Below, one piece after another: positions 26,102 through 40,084 of a stretch of 64,000 bases of DNA. Below the pieces are notes generated by a model, which was not told where the DNA came from, did not search any database, and saw nothing but the letters and a program-made list of their open reading frames with translations. Within the stretch, counting starts at the first letter, position 1, and every line of letters starts with the position of its first letter. A program made the translations under genes and the position numbers. Origin of the DNA: Eledone cirrhosa (Eukaryota); the NCBI GenBank assembly GCA_964016885.1, contig OZ024742.1:59892001-59956000 (forward strand). The letters run 5' to 3'.

Positions 26102-28950
26102 GCGTCTGGTCTGCAGGTGTCCCATGGCACTGCAGCAGGGGCCCGGTCCTCATCCCGCTACTGCAAAGAGGTTCAAACCTACGAATAAATCTGCTTTAGT
26201 ACAGAAGGAACTCGATCGCTATAACATGGACATCGTTGACCTTTCAGAAACGATCGATGCACTTTCAGAAACGAAATTGGCAGGTGAGGGTCAATCCACG
26301 GAACAGAGGTGAGGAAATACCTTCTATTGGAATAGTTGTAAGGAAGAAGCAGGGGCCGCATTTGCAGTCAGAAATAGAATCGTCTCAAAGCTGGAAAATC
26401 TTCCTTGTGGATTCAATGATCTGATAATATACATGAGAGTCCCTCTGATTCAAAACCACTTTATGACTCTCGTGAGTGTGTACGCTCCTACCATATGCGC
26501 TAGTGATGATGGGAAGCTAGTTTTCTACATGTCTTTGAAAGATTTCACCTATGCAGACAAGATTGTCATCCTTGGCGATTTTAATGCACGTGGTGGTAAT
26601 GACTGGGAAGTTTGCAGTGTGATAGGCATGCATGGAGTGGGAAAGTGCAATAACAATGGTCTACTTCTGTTGGAACTATGCGTTATAATTGATCGTGTTG
26701 TTTGGGACCACGCTCTTTTAGCAGAAAGACAAATATAAGACACGTTGGATGCATCCCTGTTCCAGAAAGTGGCACCTTATTGACTTTGTTTTGACGAGAA
26801 ATATCACATTGGTTCATGTATTGTGAGGCACAGAATGTTGGACTGGCCATTGTCTGGTGCGCCCCAAGTTTCAATTTGTTGTGAATCCCAAAGTGAGGTG
26901 GAAGAAGGTTGCACTTCCAAAACGACTAAAAGTGGTTCGTCTGAAGACAGAGAAAGTCAGAGCTGAGATATTGAAGTCCCCTGAATCCATGGAATGTGAA
27001 AATAGCCAAGAATTATTGAAGAAAAGCTTCTATGATGTCAGTGCTGGAGTTATAGGTCATACCAATAAAAAGCATAAGGACAGATTTAATGAAAATGATG
27101 CAGAGATCCAGACCTGGCTTAAAGTTAAACAAAAGTGCGGACATCATTGTTGTGCGAGACGCGTTCTAACAAGAGTGACCAAACCCTCAAGCAGACCAAG
27201 GCAACATCAATTGTGCGTCATGCAAGATACCTGGTGTAAGAAAAGGCTGATGCAATCCAGAAAGTCTCAGATGGACATGATACAAATCACTTATACAATC
27301 TACTCAAGGAGGTGTATGTTCCAGCCGGTCAACAAATATCACCACTTCGCTCCAAAGACGGCAAAGAATTGCTGAGAGATCCGAAAGAATTCCTGATCAG
27401 ATGGCAAGACCACTTTATTGATCTCTTCAAAAGACCATCAGAAATCGATGATGAATTCATCCGGTCAATTCCATCCAGACCTACAAAACTAGCAATGGCT
27501 GATCCTTCTTCATTTGATGAGGTGGCTATTCCACGATGACATGGGTAAACAACGGTTGTAAACTCTCTGAGCTAATATCGGTTGGAAATTGTTTCAAGCA
27601 AAGTGATGTGCATGAACCAACCTTGATTGCCTTGTATTTTGCAATTTTATACTTCATGGCCTTCAAGGAATATCTACACGGGATCTATCTCTCATCGCAC
27701 TTCCGGCAATCTGTTCAACCTCAGGCGTCTCACTGCTAAAACTAAGTTACTGAGTACCTTGATCAGAGAATTTCTGTATGCAGATGATTGTAATCTCATC
27801 GTACACTCCCAGAATGACATGCAACACCTTATGGATTCTTTTACAAATGCGTGCAATGCTTTGGGACTAACAATCAGTCTGAAGAAGACTGTCATGTACC
27901 AACCTGCCCCGGATAAAGTTTGCAACGAACTCTCCATTATGTATGAGGTCAAATACTGAAGATTGCTGACATATTTGTGTATTTGGGGAGTACTCTGAGT
28001 GTGATATGCTCTCTGGATGCAGAAGGTGGAATACGTACTAGCACAGCAAGTGAGTGATTTGGAAGGCTCAGCGACCGTCTATTACAATGAAAACCAATGT
28101 GAAAGTGTATACCGCATGTGTACTGTCAGCATTGCTGTATGCGTGTGAGACACGGGTTGCCTACAAATGGCATATCAAAAGGGTGGGACGATTTCACTAG
28201 CAGTGTCTCAGAAAGATACTTGGTATCAAGTGACAGATGCGTGGCTGCGATGTTGAGGTCCTTGAGAGAAGTGAGTGTAAGAGCAATGAAAGTATCATCA
28301 ACTAACAGACCGGATACCTCTGCAAAATGGAAGATGATCGAATCCCGAAACAGCTTTTGAATGGCGAGTTTGTAAAGGTATAAAACTACCTCACACACCA
28401 AAGCTCCGTTTCAAAGGTTGTGTAAAAGACTCATTGAAAAACCTGGTTTGATGGTGTGTGACTGGAAGATAAAAGCTCTTGAAAGAGAAACATGACGTGT
28501 AATGGTTAATGATGGGGTTCATAATTTTCAGAACATACGCATAGAGCGCAAGAAGATCAAATGGGATATGCGCATGCAATGCTCTGGTGTATCTCATAAA
28601 ACGATCGATGTCCCCATTGAATTGGTGTGCCCTGAGTCTGAGAAGGTGTACTTGAGCAAATCTGGTCTCAAGAGCCACAGTCGCAGCCATGTGCAGAAAG
28701 AACCAGTGAACTATGATGTCGACGGTATTGCAAGATGTAATAAATATGGCAAAGAATGTCGAACTGTAACAGGACTGAAGAGGCATATGAAGGTTCACAG
28801 GCAATCTGATGCAAGACTTGATGCCAAGGAGATCCATAGTTGTCGTCAATATGCCAAGGAGTGCACGTCTCTAGCAAGCTTGAAAAGCCGTATCCGAGCG
28901 TCATACATGTGAATTTGACAAGCAATTGCAATACATCTAGCGTAAGTATA
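26102..28950 (+). mobile_element. RTE-clade LINE, degraded, with internal deletion
   Basis: APE motifs LSETKLAG, VSVYAPT, LGDFNA, WMHP; RT FLYADD; three C-terminal C2H2-like fingers. Homologous to 42418-45753. Confidence 0.9.
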
Positions 28951-29039
28951 CACCCATTATCTATGTATGTATTATCTCTTTCTCTTAATTTCGAGTATAT
29001 TTTTTTGACCGGCCACCTTCCTGGTGGCAAGGTTGTAAA

Positions 29040-29240
29040 AGAAAAGAAATTGTCATCCCTTGAATCGCAAGAATATTTTGCAAATTTTGAAGGTGCCAGC
29101 TATCGCAGCCATTTGTAGACTATGAATTAGGGAGCTGCGCTTTTTGTCCGCAAATCCAAGTTCAGGCATATTTTGGTCCAAGCGGGTTGGTATATAACCC
29201 GTAGCTCCAATAATGATGGTAATGAATTTTAACACCCAAT
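29040..29240 (-). mobile_element. R4/Dong-like RLE C-terminal fragment, second subfamily
   Basis: IIIGATGYIP...LGF...LQMAAIAGTFKICKIFL; begins next to (TATG)n. Confidence 0.7.
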
Positions 29241-29344
29241 AATGTATGTATGTATGTATGTATGTATGTATGTATGTATGTATGTATGTATGTATGTATA
29301 TTTTATATGCCCGCCCAGCCATCGGGATGGCGTTATCGTATGGC

Positions 29345-29414
29345 TAAAACAGCACGTTCTGTGACCAGCGGCGCCGCTAGGCGACCGACAGACTGGTCGG
29401 TCAAAGTGATCAAG

Positions 29415-29419
<5 letters not shown>
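29345..29419 (+). repeat. Unclassified repeat end, same family as 1490-1622
   Basis: Sequence match; ends directly in (TA)n. Confidence 0.6.
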
Positions 29420-29470
<51 letters not shown>

Positions 29471-29510
29471 TTCAAAATATTAATAAATATTGACATTCAC
29501 GTAATCAAAA

Positions 29511-29580
29511 TATATTTTATTATATATATTTCGGAGGTACTGTGCTGTTTTTCCAGTACGTCCTCATCAGATAAAATATA
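29511..29580 (-). ncRNA. Type I hammerhead ribozyme, intact core
   Basis: Reverse complement reads TATATTTTAT-CTGATGA-GGACGTACTG..CAGTACCTCC-GAAA TATATA TA-ATAAAATATA. 10-bp helix I, palindromic helix III, AUA triplet. Confidence 0.88.
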
Positions 29581-29911
29581 TAAATTGATGTATGATATAC
29601 ATCAACTGTGCTGATGGTTCAAATCAATTCTTGCTGGTTTTAAGGCGTTGTTGGGGGATCGATCGGAAATACTTCTAGCTTTGGAACATTAGTTAGATGC
29701 CAGATATTTCTAATAATAATGTAGTGAAGATGTTCAGGAGGTGGCTGTGGTGGTGGTGGTGGTGGAGGTGGTGTTGTTGGTGGCGGTGTCGTGGTCAGTG
29801 GTGGTGGTGGTGGTGGTCGTTTTGATTGAGGGAGCCTGAGATAAACAACTTTGGTGGCAAGAGTAAACAGCAGGGCTAACAGTAAAATAGCGAACATCCC
29901 CATATATTATA

Positions 29912-30044
<133 letters not shown>

Positions 30045-30089
30045 CGTAAAATAAGAAAATTATAAAATTAACTTACTTACTAAAATATC

Positions 30090-30171
30090 ACTTCCAACTA
30101 ATTAGTTTCTGGAATGGAGTAAATATATTTTCCGAAGAAGATATTGAGAAACATTCCGTCGTCAGGGAAGT
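30090..30171 (-). ncRNA. Type I hammerhead ribozyme (inverted copy)
   Basis: Reverse complement of 30891-30972. Confidence 0.78.
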
Positions 30172-30890
30172 CTATTCTCAGCTAAGTTTCCAGGCAAAGC
30201 GAGGACTCTGGAAACTTATTAAAAAATAATTCAGTGGATAGGAAATAGCAAAGCGTGGACTGAATTCCTAGCCATTGAGAAAATCACTGCCTCTGCGTCT
30301 GTGGCAAATTCAAAAAGAATCAATCACGTGACATCGAGGTCAATCAGTGGAAAGTGGTTTGCTAATAAGACAGCGGCCTGCCTACTACCATAGCAGCAGT
30401 CATGGCCAATATTGCTCGACAAATAATTTGGAGATAATTATAAAGAATTAATATCTGGTAACATATATATACATACAGATGCATATCAATGCTAGCAAAT
30501 ATATAGGTTTTGTCTTAGTAACATGCATTGAATTACAATGTTACTAAGACAAAACCTATATATTTGCTAGCATTGATATGCATCTGTATGTATATATATG
30601 TTACTAGATATTAATTCTTTATAATTATCTCCAAATTATTTGTCGAGCAATATTGGCCATGACTGCTGCTAAGGTAGTAGGCAGACCGCTGTCTTATTAG
30701 CAAACCACTTTCCACTGATTGACCTCGATGTCACGTGATTGATTCTTTTTGAATTTGCCACAGACGCAGAGGCAGTGATTTTCTCAATGGCTAGGAATTC
30801 AGTCCACGCTCTGCTATTTCCTATCCACTGAATTAGTTTTTAATAAGTTTCCAGAGTCCTCGCTTTGCCTGGAAACTTAGCTGAGAATAG

Positions 30891-30972
30891 ACTTCCCTGA
30901 CGACGGAATGTTTCTCAATATCTTCTTCGGAAAATATATTTACTCCATTCCAGAAACTAATTAGTTGGAAGT
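30891..30972 (+). ncRNA. Type I hammerhead ribozyme
   Basis: ACTTCC-CTGACGA-C GGAATG..CATTCC A-GAAAC TAATTA GTT-GGAAGT; palindromic helix III AACTAATTAGTT. Confidence 0.8.
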
Positions 30973-31138
30973 GATATTTTAGTAAGTAAGTTAATTTTAT
31001 AATTTTCTTATTTTACGTCTCTCATATTATTGTTCTGCAACCCCATGCATTGAACCACAATGTTACTAAGACAAAACGTATATATTTGCTAGCATTGATA
31101 TGCATCTGTATGTATATATATGTTACTAGATAATTATT

Positions 31139-31202
<64 letters not shown>

Positions 31203-31219
31203 GCATATATACGTGTGTA

Positions 31220-31473
31220 TAATGGTAGCAGCTATGGTGCTTCCCCAGGCGGTATCCCAAAATTAGCACTTAATATTGATACGGGCAGTTCGTTCGGAGC
31301 AAATTTTTTCGAGTGAGAACATTTCCTCCGAACGAACTGCCCGTGTCCGAAGGAACTTGCAGTCGTAGAATCAGCCAGATCCATACAGTGATCATGTCTC
31401 GAGCTACCTGCCGGCGAAACAACACGCAATAAACTGAGTCCAGATGCATCACTGATTTTTCTTTTTTTTAGAC

Positions 31474-31475
<2 letters not shown>
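31220..31475 (+). mobile_element. Fold-back element with a dead hammerhead, related to 36760-36996
   Basis: Hairpin 31278-31347, then CGTGT-CCGAAGGA-ACTTGC...CTCGAGCT...GAAAC-A-ACACG with helix III deleted. Confidence 0.6.
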
Positions 31476-31542
<67 letters not shown>

Positions 31543-31885
31543 TTCTCTTTTTTCGTCTCAGGAAAATCAGTAGATATCGAAACCGCACTCATCTAATGAA
31601 TTTTAACACCCAATTAAATTGTTTTTGTTTCTAGAGCATCATGGAAAACATTATGTAAGCGGAAGCTCAACATTATACATAAGCATGTAAACATATTAGG
31701 AAGAAGATGAAGAGTTAGACAATGATTGCATAGTTGATAAAAGCGTCAATAATTTCACGCTCAGTAATTCTATTGTCTGGACATTGGAAATTGAAGTTTA
31801 TTTAGAAATTATTCTTGGCTGTAATTCAATAACTTTATAATCGCTTTCAAGATAGAAGAGAGATAAATGAATCTGGAGATTGATT

Positions 31886-31961
<76 letters not shown>

Positions 31962-32692
31962 AATATTTATTTATTTGTATGATTGCTTGTGTGTGTGTGT
32001 GCACGTTCGTGAATGTATATATAGGTACACATCTACTCACTCACACACACACGCATAAGTATATATGTATATATTTAAACTAACCCATTATATATTGTTT
32101 GTATAGAGAAGGAGATTGGCAAACAATGACTTTATGGAACACATAGAAATGCAGTTACACAGGTCACCATTCAACTGAGAGCGATGTAAAGTATGTTCCC
32201 ATCTATTAAATGGAGATACACTGCAAATTGCCATCGTTGTGGAGTTTATGCACGTTCTAATAGCATGCAAAACATACTGGCAGAATCAAATGTTGAGTAT
32301 CGTCGTGACGTGCGTATTATTAATCGTTCCTGCCGCCAATGACCCTTTGAAATGGTCTAGATTGACAATGAATGTTCGATTATTGTGCTAATGTATTATC
32401 TATACATTTCGTATTCCTTTCTCTTCATGGATGTTCTAAAGTAATAACGAATATTTGAACATATGAGGGTACGAAAAATAAGAGAATCGTTCGTGGCTCG
32501 TGTATGCAAGGTTACTGAGAATCAAGTAGCGACAGGATGACGTGGGCTCGTAGCTAGATCCAATAGGTTCTATCTTGTTTATATTTGGGTGTAGTTTGCT
32601 GAAATATCTATGATCATATATTTAAAGTTATATATATATATACACACTCACACACATACACACACACACACACACTCACACACACATACAAA

Positions 32693-32797
<105 letters not shown>

Positions 32798-33976
32798 CGG
32801 CCTCGTTGATGATTCTATTGAAATGTAATCGACATACATAGGCAGTCAGGCAGACAGCGCTAGCTAATTATCACACAGCAGATGTTTGCGAATTATTTTT
32901 CCTTCATAAATAACGTCTCTCCTATCTAAAGATTTACAACACTTAGAAGAAACTAACTAGTAATCATTCTCTTTCTTTCTCACTGTGTTACGCTCTCTGT
33001 AGCTCTTTCTCTCTCTTCTTCTCTCTCGCTCTCACTTTATGTATCTTTCACTGTATCTCTCTAGACTGCTAATATTTACGATGAAAATATTATGATAAAA
33101 ATTCATAAAGTGACAAATGAAAAGAATATATTTCGTATTTCATGTATTTCATTTTTCTACAATGTTTAACTTCAGTTTTAAGATACTGTATGATGAATCA
33201 CATACATTTTTAACGCCTATATTGTTACTTGTATTACATTCATCATATATTCATCCTATCATTTTATATTTTCATGGTCTACACTCAGATATAATATATA
33301 AATTGTAAATGGTTATTCTACACATTGAAAGTAATCGATTTCTAATCATGGAAAAGTGATGCCAATATATATATATATATATATATATATGCATATGCAT
33401 GTGTGCGTGTGTGCGTGTGTGCATACAGTTAAAGGTATACACATATAGGTAATGTATAGTTCAAATCAAGTCCGTAGTGCGGGTTTGGATATAATTATTA
33501 ACGTAAGTTGCTACAACGGCGCTATAAAAAGTACATATGTTTCGTTATACATGAGGACCAACCTGTACAGATGAAAATGAAGCGGAAAATCTTTTCTCAA
33601 AAATGAAAATAGGGAACAAAGGGAGACGCCCCAAATCAATGAGAGATAATCTGGAAGATCCGATGATCCAGGGGAAAACATTTTACCGAAAAGATGCGAG
33701 CAAGCGTTAAATTGCCTAATATTTAGGTGGGAACTATAAAAAACTCAATAGATTAAGAAAGATGTAACTTAATATAAAGGAGGATAGTTCTTTAAAATGT
33801 ATTTAGAAACGTGAGAACTTTGCGAGAAGAACTCTGTACGTATGTTAAGTTGTTTGATATTATTGCGGGGATTATTCAATATCCACCATTTCTCGTCATT
33901 GCATAATCTGCCGGCTTTGAGTCCATTTATATATGTTAGAGATATTTCTAATTATATTTAATTTGATGGAGAAGAG

Positions 33977-34077
<101 letters not shown>

Positions 34078-34089
34078 GTATGTATATAA

Positions 34090-34327
34090 TACTAGAACAC
34101 TGATGGGTTATATGCGTAGTAGTAGAGCACTCAGTCCATGGGACGAGTTTGGTAGAGGTAGTTCTACAGCAGTTAGTTCACCATACTGAGAACAATTGTT
34201 TCGCCTTATTCAGATGATCAGCTTGGTCTAAAACGAACGGAGGATCGAAATATGGTGAAACATTTGTTTTCGGTATGGTGAACTAACTGTTGTGGAACTA
34301 CTTACATGTTTACTTTTATAATTTGGT

Positions 34328-34330
<3 letters not shown>
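34090..34330 (-). mobile_element. Fold-back PLE pLTR remnant, degenerate hammerhead
   Basis: Arms ~34158-34209 and 34250-34301; minus strand reads CTGATCA...GGCGAAACAATTGTT. Between TA-rich microsatellites. Confidence 0.55.
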
Positions 34331-34387
<57 letters not shown>

Positions 34388-34929
34388 TATATCCATCTGA
34401 GTACTCAGTGTCGATGGAGAACTCAAATACTCATTTCAATAAGCCTAACTTATGAGTTAATTATTCTGGTGTTTTGTGAAAAACATGCGAAATCCAGAGT
34501 AATAAGACTCACTAGTTTATATATATACATATATATATGTGTGTGGGGTGGGTGGGGGTGAGAGAGAGAGAGAGAATATGTGTGTGTGTATTATTTTGAA
34601 CCTGTGCCGCTAATAATGACAATTGCGTTGTAGATATATAGTATTTGACGTCTAGTATTAGAATGACATATATACCAAGACTACCGGATATATGAACAAT
34701 TATCCTAACTGGGAAATTTGCGATTTGATAAATTAATGGTTTGCATTAGAGAAACCCTGTAGTATATGTTGATTACTGCCACATGGAAGTAATTAGAGAT
34801 AAGATTACTATTTAATAATTTATTTCTATGATAATTGCATAAGCGTTAACCATATATATACAAATAATATCCAGGTTTAAATACATGAGTAACTTTGGAG
34901 AACAACTATTAATGCAGTAAATGACAGAT

Positions 34930-35165
34930 CAATCCTTCAAAAACACACCGGTGCCAACAAACCTCTCTTACTCCTAGATGTTACTAGAGAAAATGGAGGA
35001 TAGATTACCAAGATTGAGATGAAAGTGCCTACATTTTGACGGAGATTTTACCACTACCACCATCGAAAGATTCAACCTTTAGGCAAACATTTATCCACCC
35101 AAAGTTAGTGATTTAGAGGACTTCGAAGAGGACCTCTTAGATTTAGTCATTCACATAAAGTTCTG
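34930..35165 (+). pseudogene. Penelope-like (Naiad-type) ORF N-terminal fragment
   Basis: Joined frames give SFKNTPVP...LLEKME..ITRLR*KCLHF...YPPKVSDLEDFEEDLLDLVIHIKF, like the PLE motif SLKNIP..IKRMRWK..PP..FE.DL. Confidence 0.6.
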
Positions 35166-36031
35166 TTACATATTTTCTCCCCAAAATCTCATAGAGAACA
35201 TTTAGAAATTTAGATAATCATAATATATGTTTTTGTTCTCAGAGATGCCCACTCTACATCAGCGAAAAATATAGGTTCTTGTAAGGATTATACTCACCGA
35301 GCACATATTTAAACACCAAGACGGAAGTCTTTAGACAGTGGTTGCTTCAGAAGTACCACCTCTTGTCAAAATGGAAATCAACACCACAAGATGTTCCATA
35401 CCAGACCTATTAAATCATCCATGATCATATTCCGCTCTGTCACCTTTCCATCCACAAAAAAATTAAACACATCACATCCACATACACATACACACTACAT
35501 AATAGATTATTGAAATAAGTTTTAACCTTATAATATCACAATGAATCCTAGCGAACACACATGCAATCATTAATTAAAGATTTCTTTTACATATTCAAAT
35601 TTTACTTATTGGAAAGATGTTAGATGAGACTTAAATATTTGCAATAGAACTTGCATGACAGATTACAAACTGATATTTATAACTATATCCACAAAGTTGC
35701 CTCCCCTGATCCTTCAGGTAACGATTCCATTCAAAGGGGTGACGTTTTTTGAGATAATTAGCAAACAACTCAAATCACGCATTATACACAGATTAGCTTA
35801 AAGATTAAGGCTGAAGATCTCGGGAACTACCTACCTTGTTCTCGAAAGAGACTCTCCACTGTTTAAAACCAAATATAATTGGCTAAGGGTTATTTTCATA
35901 ATTTTGCCCGAGAGCCCAATGATATGCTAGGTTTGAAGCGGCTCCTCCACTATACAATGGTGGCCCTAACTGGACTGCCGAAACCTAACGTTGCGCATAC
36001 ATGTTAACTGTATGATACTTTGATAATACTG

Positions 36032-36135
<104 letters not shown>

Positions 36136-36219
36136 AATTTATTAAGGCTACATTTTTAGTTTTATTACCCTGGACTTTCGCCTGTCTATCACAGGGTCTT
36201 GAGACAAGACGGATATTTA

Positions 36220-36274
<55 letters not shown>

Positions 36275-36690
36275 GAGAGATGACCCCTTAGCCTTTGTCA
36301 AGGCAGAATTCTAGGAGAAGGAAAACTCTGATATAACACCTGCAACCCTGATGGTATCCAATGATGTTGACTTGTTCTTCTTTTTGGTAAATATCATCTT
36401 GGTTAAGAGAGTGGGACTGGCCTTGTGCAGTGCCCTTGCTCACTATAAAAGCTTCACGGCACAGGCATTGCTTTGTATCTGGAGATCTCTCTGCACTTGT
36501 CATCACATGGTACCATGGGCCCAGCACTATGGGTCAATAATTGTCACAAGTGTAGTGTTTGTACCAGAGTTTTCAAGTCGCTGGCTGGACTAAAAAGTCA
36601 CACTCGTTCAGCGCATCGGTAGGAGTTCTCCTACATGGATATAAAGTAGTGGCCGTACTCGAAAACGAGTTGGCAGCCACCATATATATA

Positions 36691-36726
<36 letters not shown>

Positions 36727-36993
36727 TGTATGTATGTATGTATGTATGTATGTATGTAGTGAGGTTGCTTGGATGCGTCCATAGGTGGTATGCCAGTTGA
36801 ACACTCTATGCTTCTTCGGAGCAGAGTATAATAATATGGATCGGAACACAATGTATTACGTATTACAATTGTTTCTCTGGCGAACAGCTCGAGGTGCGAT
36901 CTGTTTGTGGATCGAAGGTGACTCTGGATTCGCAAGTTCCTCAGATACGTCTAGTGACCTCGAAGCAAATCCTCTTTCAGAAAGAGGATTTCC

Positions 36994-37065
<72 letters not shown>

Positions 37066-37170
37066 AATATATATATACACACACATAAATATCCTTCTTG
37101 TCTCAAGACCCTGTGATAAACAGGCGAAAGTCCAGAGTAATAAAACTAAAAATGTTGCCTTAATAAAATT
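36136..37170. mobile_element. Inverted-repeat pair enclosing nested insertions
   Basis: Arms 36136-36225 and 37081-37170 are reverse complements, with hammerhead-like CTCAAGA-CCCTGT..ACAGGC-GAAAGTC. Confidence 0.65.
36859..36949 (-). ncRNA. Type I hammerhead ribozyme with extended helix II
   Basis: Reverse complement reads CGTAT-CTGAGGA-ACTTGCGAA...TTCGCCAGA-GAAAC AATT GTA-ATACG. Confidence 0.75.
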
Positions 37171-37769
37171 AATATATATATATATATATATATGTGTATG
37201 TGTGTGTGTGCGTGTGTGTGTGCGTGTGCATGTGCGTGTGCGTCACGTGTGTGTGTATATGTATGCATGTGTTGTTCGTTACTGTGAAATGAAAAGACGA
37301 AACCCAATTTCATATTTCCGTGCATCTTTGTATATTTCTATTTTGCGCATAACATCGTGTTTTATTGTTCTGCTGACGTCAATATTATTCTAACATTGAT
37401 CTTATTTCTGTGTCTGCTACTTTTTCTTATTTATGTACATTACCGTAGATGGCATTTAATCTTAAACTAAACTTTTTATTTTGCTTTATTTAATGTATTT
37501 TTCTTTGCATGCTAATTGTTTTATTTTTCAATATTCTATGCCAGATATTTTTTGTTTAATCTCATTCTATCTAATGACGTATTAATGAAGTTCTTTTGAA
37601 ATATTTTTTATTGCAAACATTGAAGTGAGAGCGGATAAGAAACAGTTGCTACAGGCATTATAACTATATAATTAATAAATTACTCATGTCTTAGTTTACA
37701 TTCTTTGCTTTCTGAGCTCAATTCAATCCGGTTTCAATATTCATACTATAAAAATTGTAGTCACCTATA

Positions 37770-37940
37770 ATTGTTTCCACTTTTTGGCACAAGGCCAGCA
37801 ATTACTCAGTGTATTACTGGTACTTTATTTCATCGACCCCGTAAGGATGAAAGGCAAAGTTAACCTCGGCAGGATTTGAACTCAGAATGTCAATGGCCGT
37901 AGCATGGCGTCCGACCCTCTACCGATACTGCCAATCCACT
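37770..37940 (-). mobile_element. tRNA-derived SINE with TSD
   Basis: TGTAGTCACCTATAAT at 37756-37771 and 37940-37955. Confidence 0.88.
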
Positions 37941-38989
37941 GTAGTCACCTATAATGCGTACAAGTAATATCTTGCCAGATGCAATTTCATTCCCTAGCCC
38001 CACCTAAATGCAATTCACGGGCTTAAAAATTCAAATTGTTTTCAGTGATCCCAGGTTACCTGTAATATGGAATTTTTCGTCTGCACAATCATAGATGACC
38101 TGGAGATAAACAATGATCTCTATAACAGCAAACATTCTACATGAACTTGCCAACTGACGGACACCGTATTTAACTAGGTCTTTTCAACTACCTTTCTCTA
38201 AATGTCATCCAAATGTGAGAATTTTTAGCAGATAACTTTATCACAATGTTTCATTTCAGTAAAATGATTCCATTATTCTACATTATTTTAGTACTTTCGC
38301 TATAATCATATACAAATTGACTTCCCAAGATTTCGATAATGTGTGTTCCAGTTGTTCGAAAAGCGGAAAGGCCTACTCATAAAACGTACATGCAAGTGCA
38401 TGAGTATTCCAAATTCACGTGTACCCATAGCGTAATGCTCTTAGAGATTCAATGGATTACATAGGAGTCAGAGCAGGTGATTTGTACTTCAACTATAGTT
38501 CATCCGACGCGCTTTGAAAAGAGTTCACGTCTACCAAATTCCATACAAAAGGCTTAGTTTGACCCGAAGCTAAGATTTGCTCACGCTACTAAGCAATGGG
38601 ATTGTACACGTAATATCATGACAATGATATATCTATAGTGAACTTCTTAACCATTTGACATTGTTGTGTCCATAGACAACTTCGTAAATAATGGGTCATC
38701 TTGTGATCCTTTGTCTATAACAAAACACCCAACAATGTGGCCATGATGTATGCATAACTATTTTCGCGATTATTTCATCATGATAAGTCCATTGTCAACG
38801 CATTAAGTAATATGCCATGCTGCGGCCACATCGTTATTATCTCCCTCCTTGCTTGAATACAGCCACATACTTTTACGCACAAAACAGCTAAGTCTAGAGT
38901 TTATTTCACAGTAATACCAAACCTCTATTTAGCAATATATTATACTATTATACTATTATACTATTTATACCCCCCTCTCTATTTGCATT

Positions 38990-39063
<74 letters not shown>

Positions 39064-39823
39064 CATATATATATATATATATGTGAATGCATATATATAT
39101 ATATATATATATATAACCTAGCATATCCTTATTGCAAGAGCAGATAATTATTTAAAAAATTACTATGGTACAATAGTAAAACCATTTCCTGAAAGATATG
39201 AAAAACAAAAGTAAAACAAAAAACAAAACAGATTTAACATCAGTTGAACCATTAGCTAAATGGGATATAAATGAAAATTGCTAACATCTCTGCTTTTGAT
39301 ACAAATGAAATCATTACTCCATTACATTTTCATTCTTAGTTATATTCGGGCATCACTACATACAAATAGACACACACACCAGCACATACAGACGCACATA
39401 TATTGTTCATATCGATTGCGGTAAATTTTCATCCTCGCTTTATATTTACTAAAGGAATTAGTACAGTGAAATAAACCATCCGATGATTTTTACTATTTTC
39501 CGATACTTGTTATTATACAAAAACCAGATAAAACTGAACAATAGAAAGCGTGTAATATAATGTATTACTTTTAGATACGTGCCTTGGGTAATAGTTAATT
39601 CTTTATATAATGATTCAGCAAAAGCCAGCCAAATACTAGAAATGTATAGTCGAATACGACTGCATCAGTTTTTACTGAAATTCAATTTATCTCTTCCATT
39701 TTTAATTATCTTTCATCTATGTTTATATCGTTTAATCAAATACAAGAGAAAACTATCTAAATAATATGTCTGGCAGATGCAATGCAAATTACCATGAGGA
39801 ACAGCACCAGTTAGTACAGCTGG

Positions 39824-39926
<103 letters not shown>

Positions 39927-40084
39927 ATGAGTGTGTGTGTGCGCACGTGTGTGTGTGTGTGTGTCTGTTTATGTATATATATATATAACTTTGCCTTTCG
40001 TCCTTTTGGGGTCGATGAAATAAAGTACCAGTAATACACTGGTATAATTGCTGACCTTGTGCCAATAGCAGAAACAAATTCAAG

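Noticed and set aside
35910-35990. Possible HDV-like fold (TAGGTT/AACCTA, CTCCTCC, CCGAA)
   Set aside because: P1 and P3 could not be placed with correct topology by eye.
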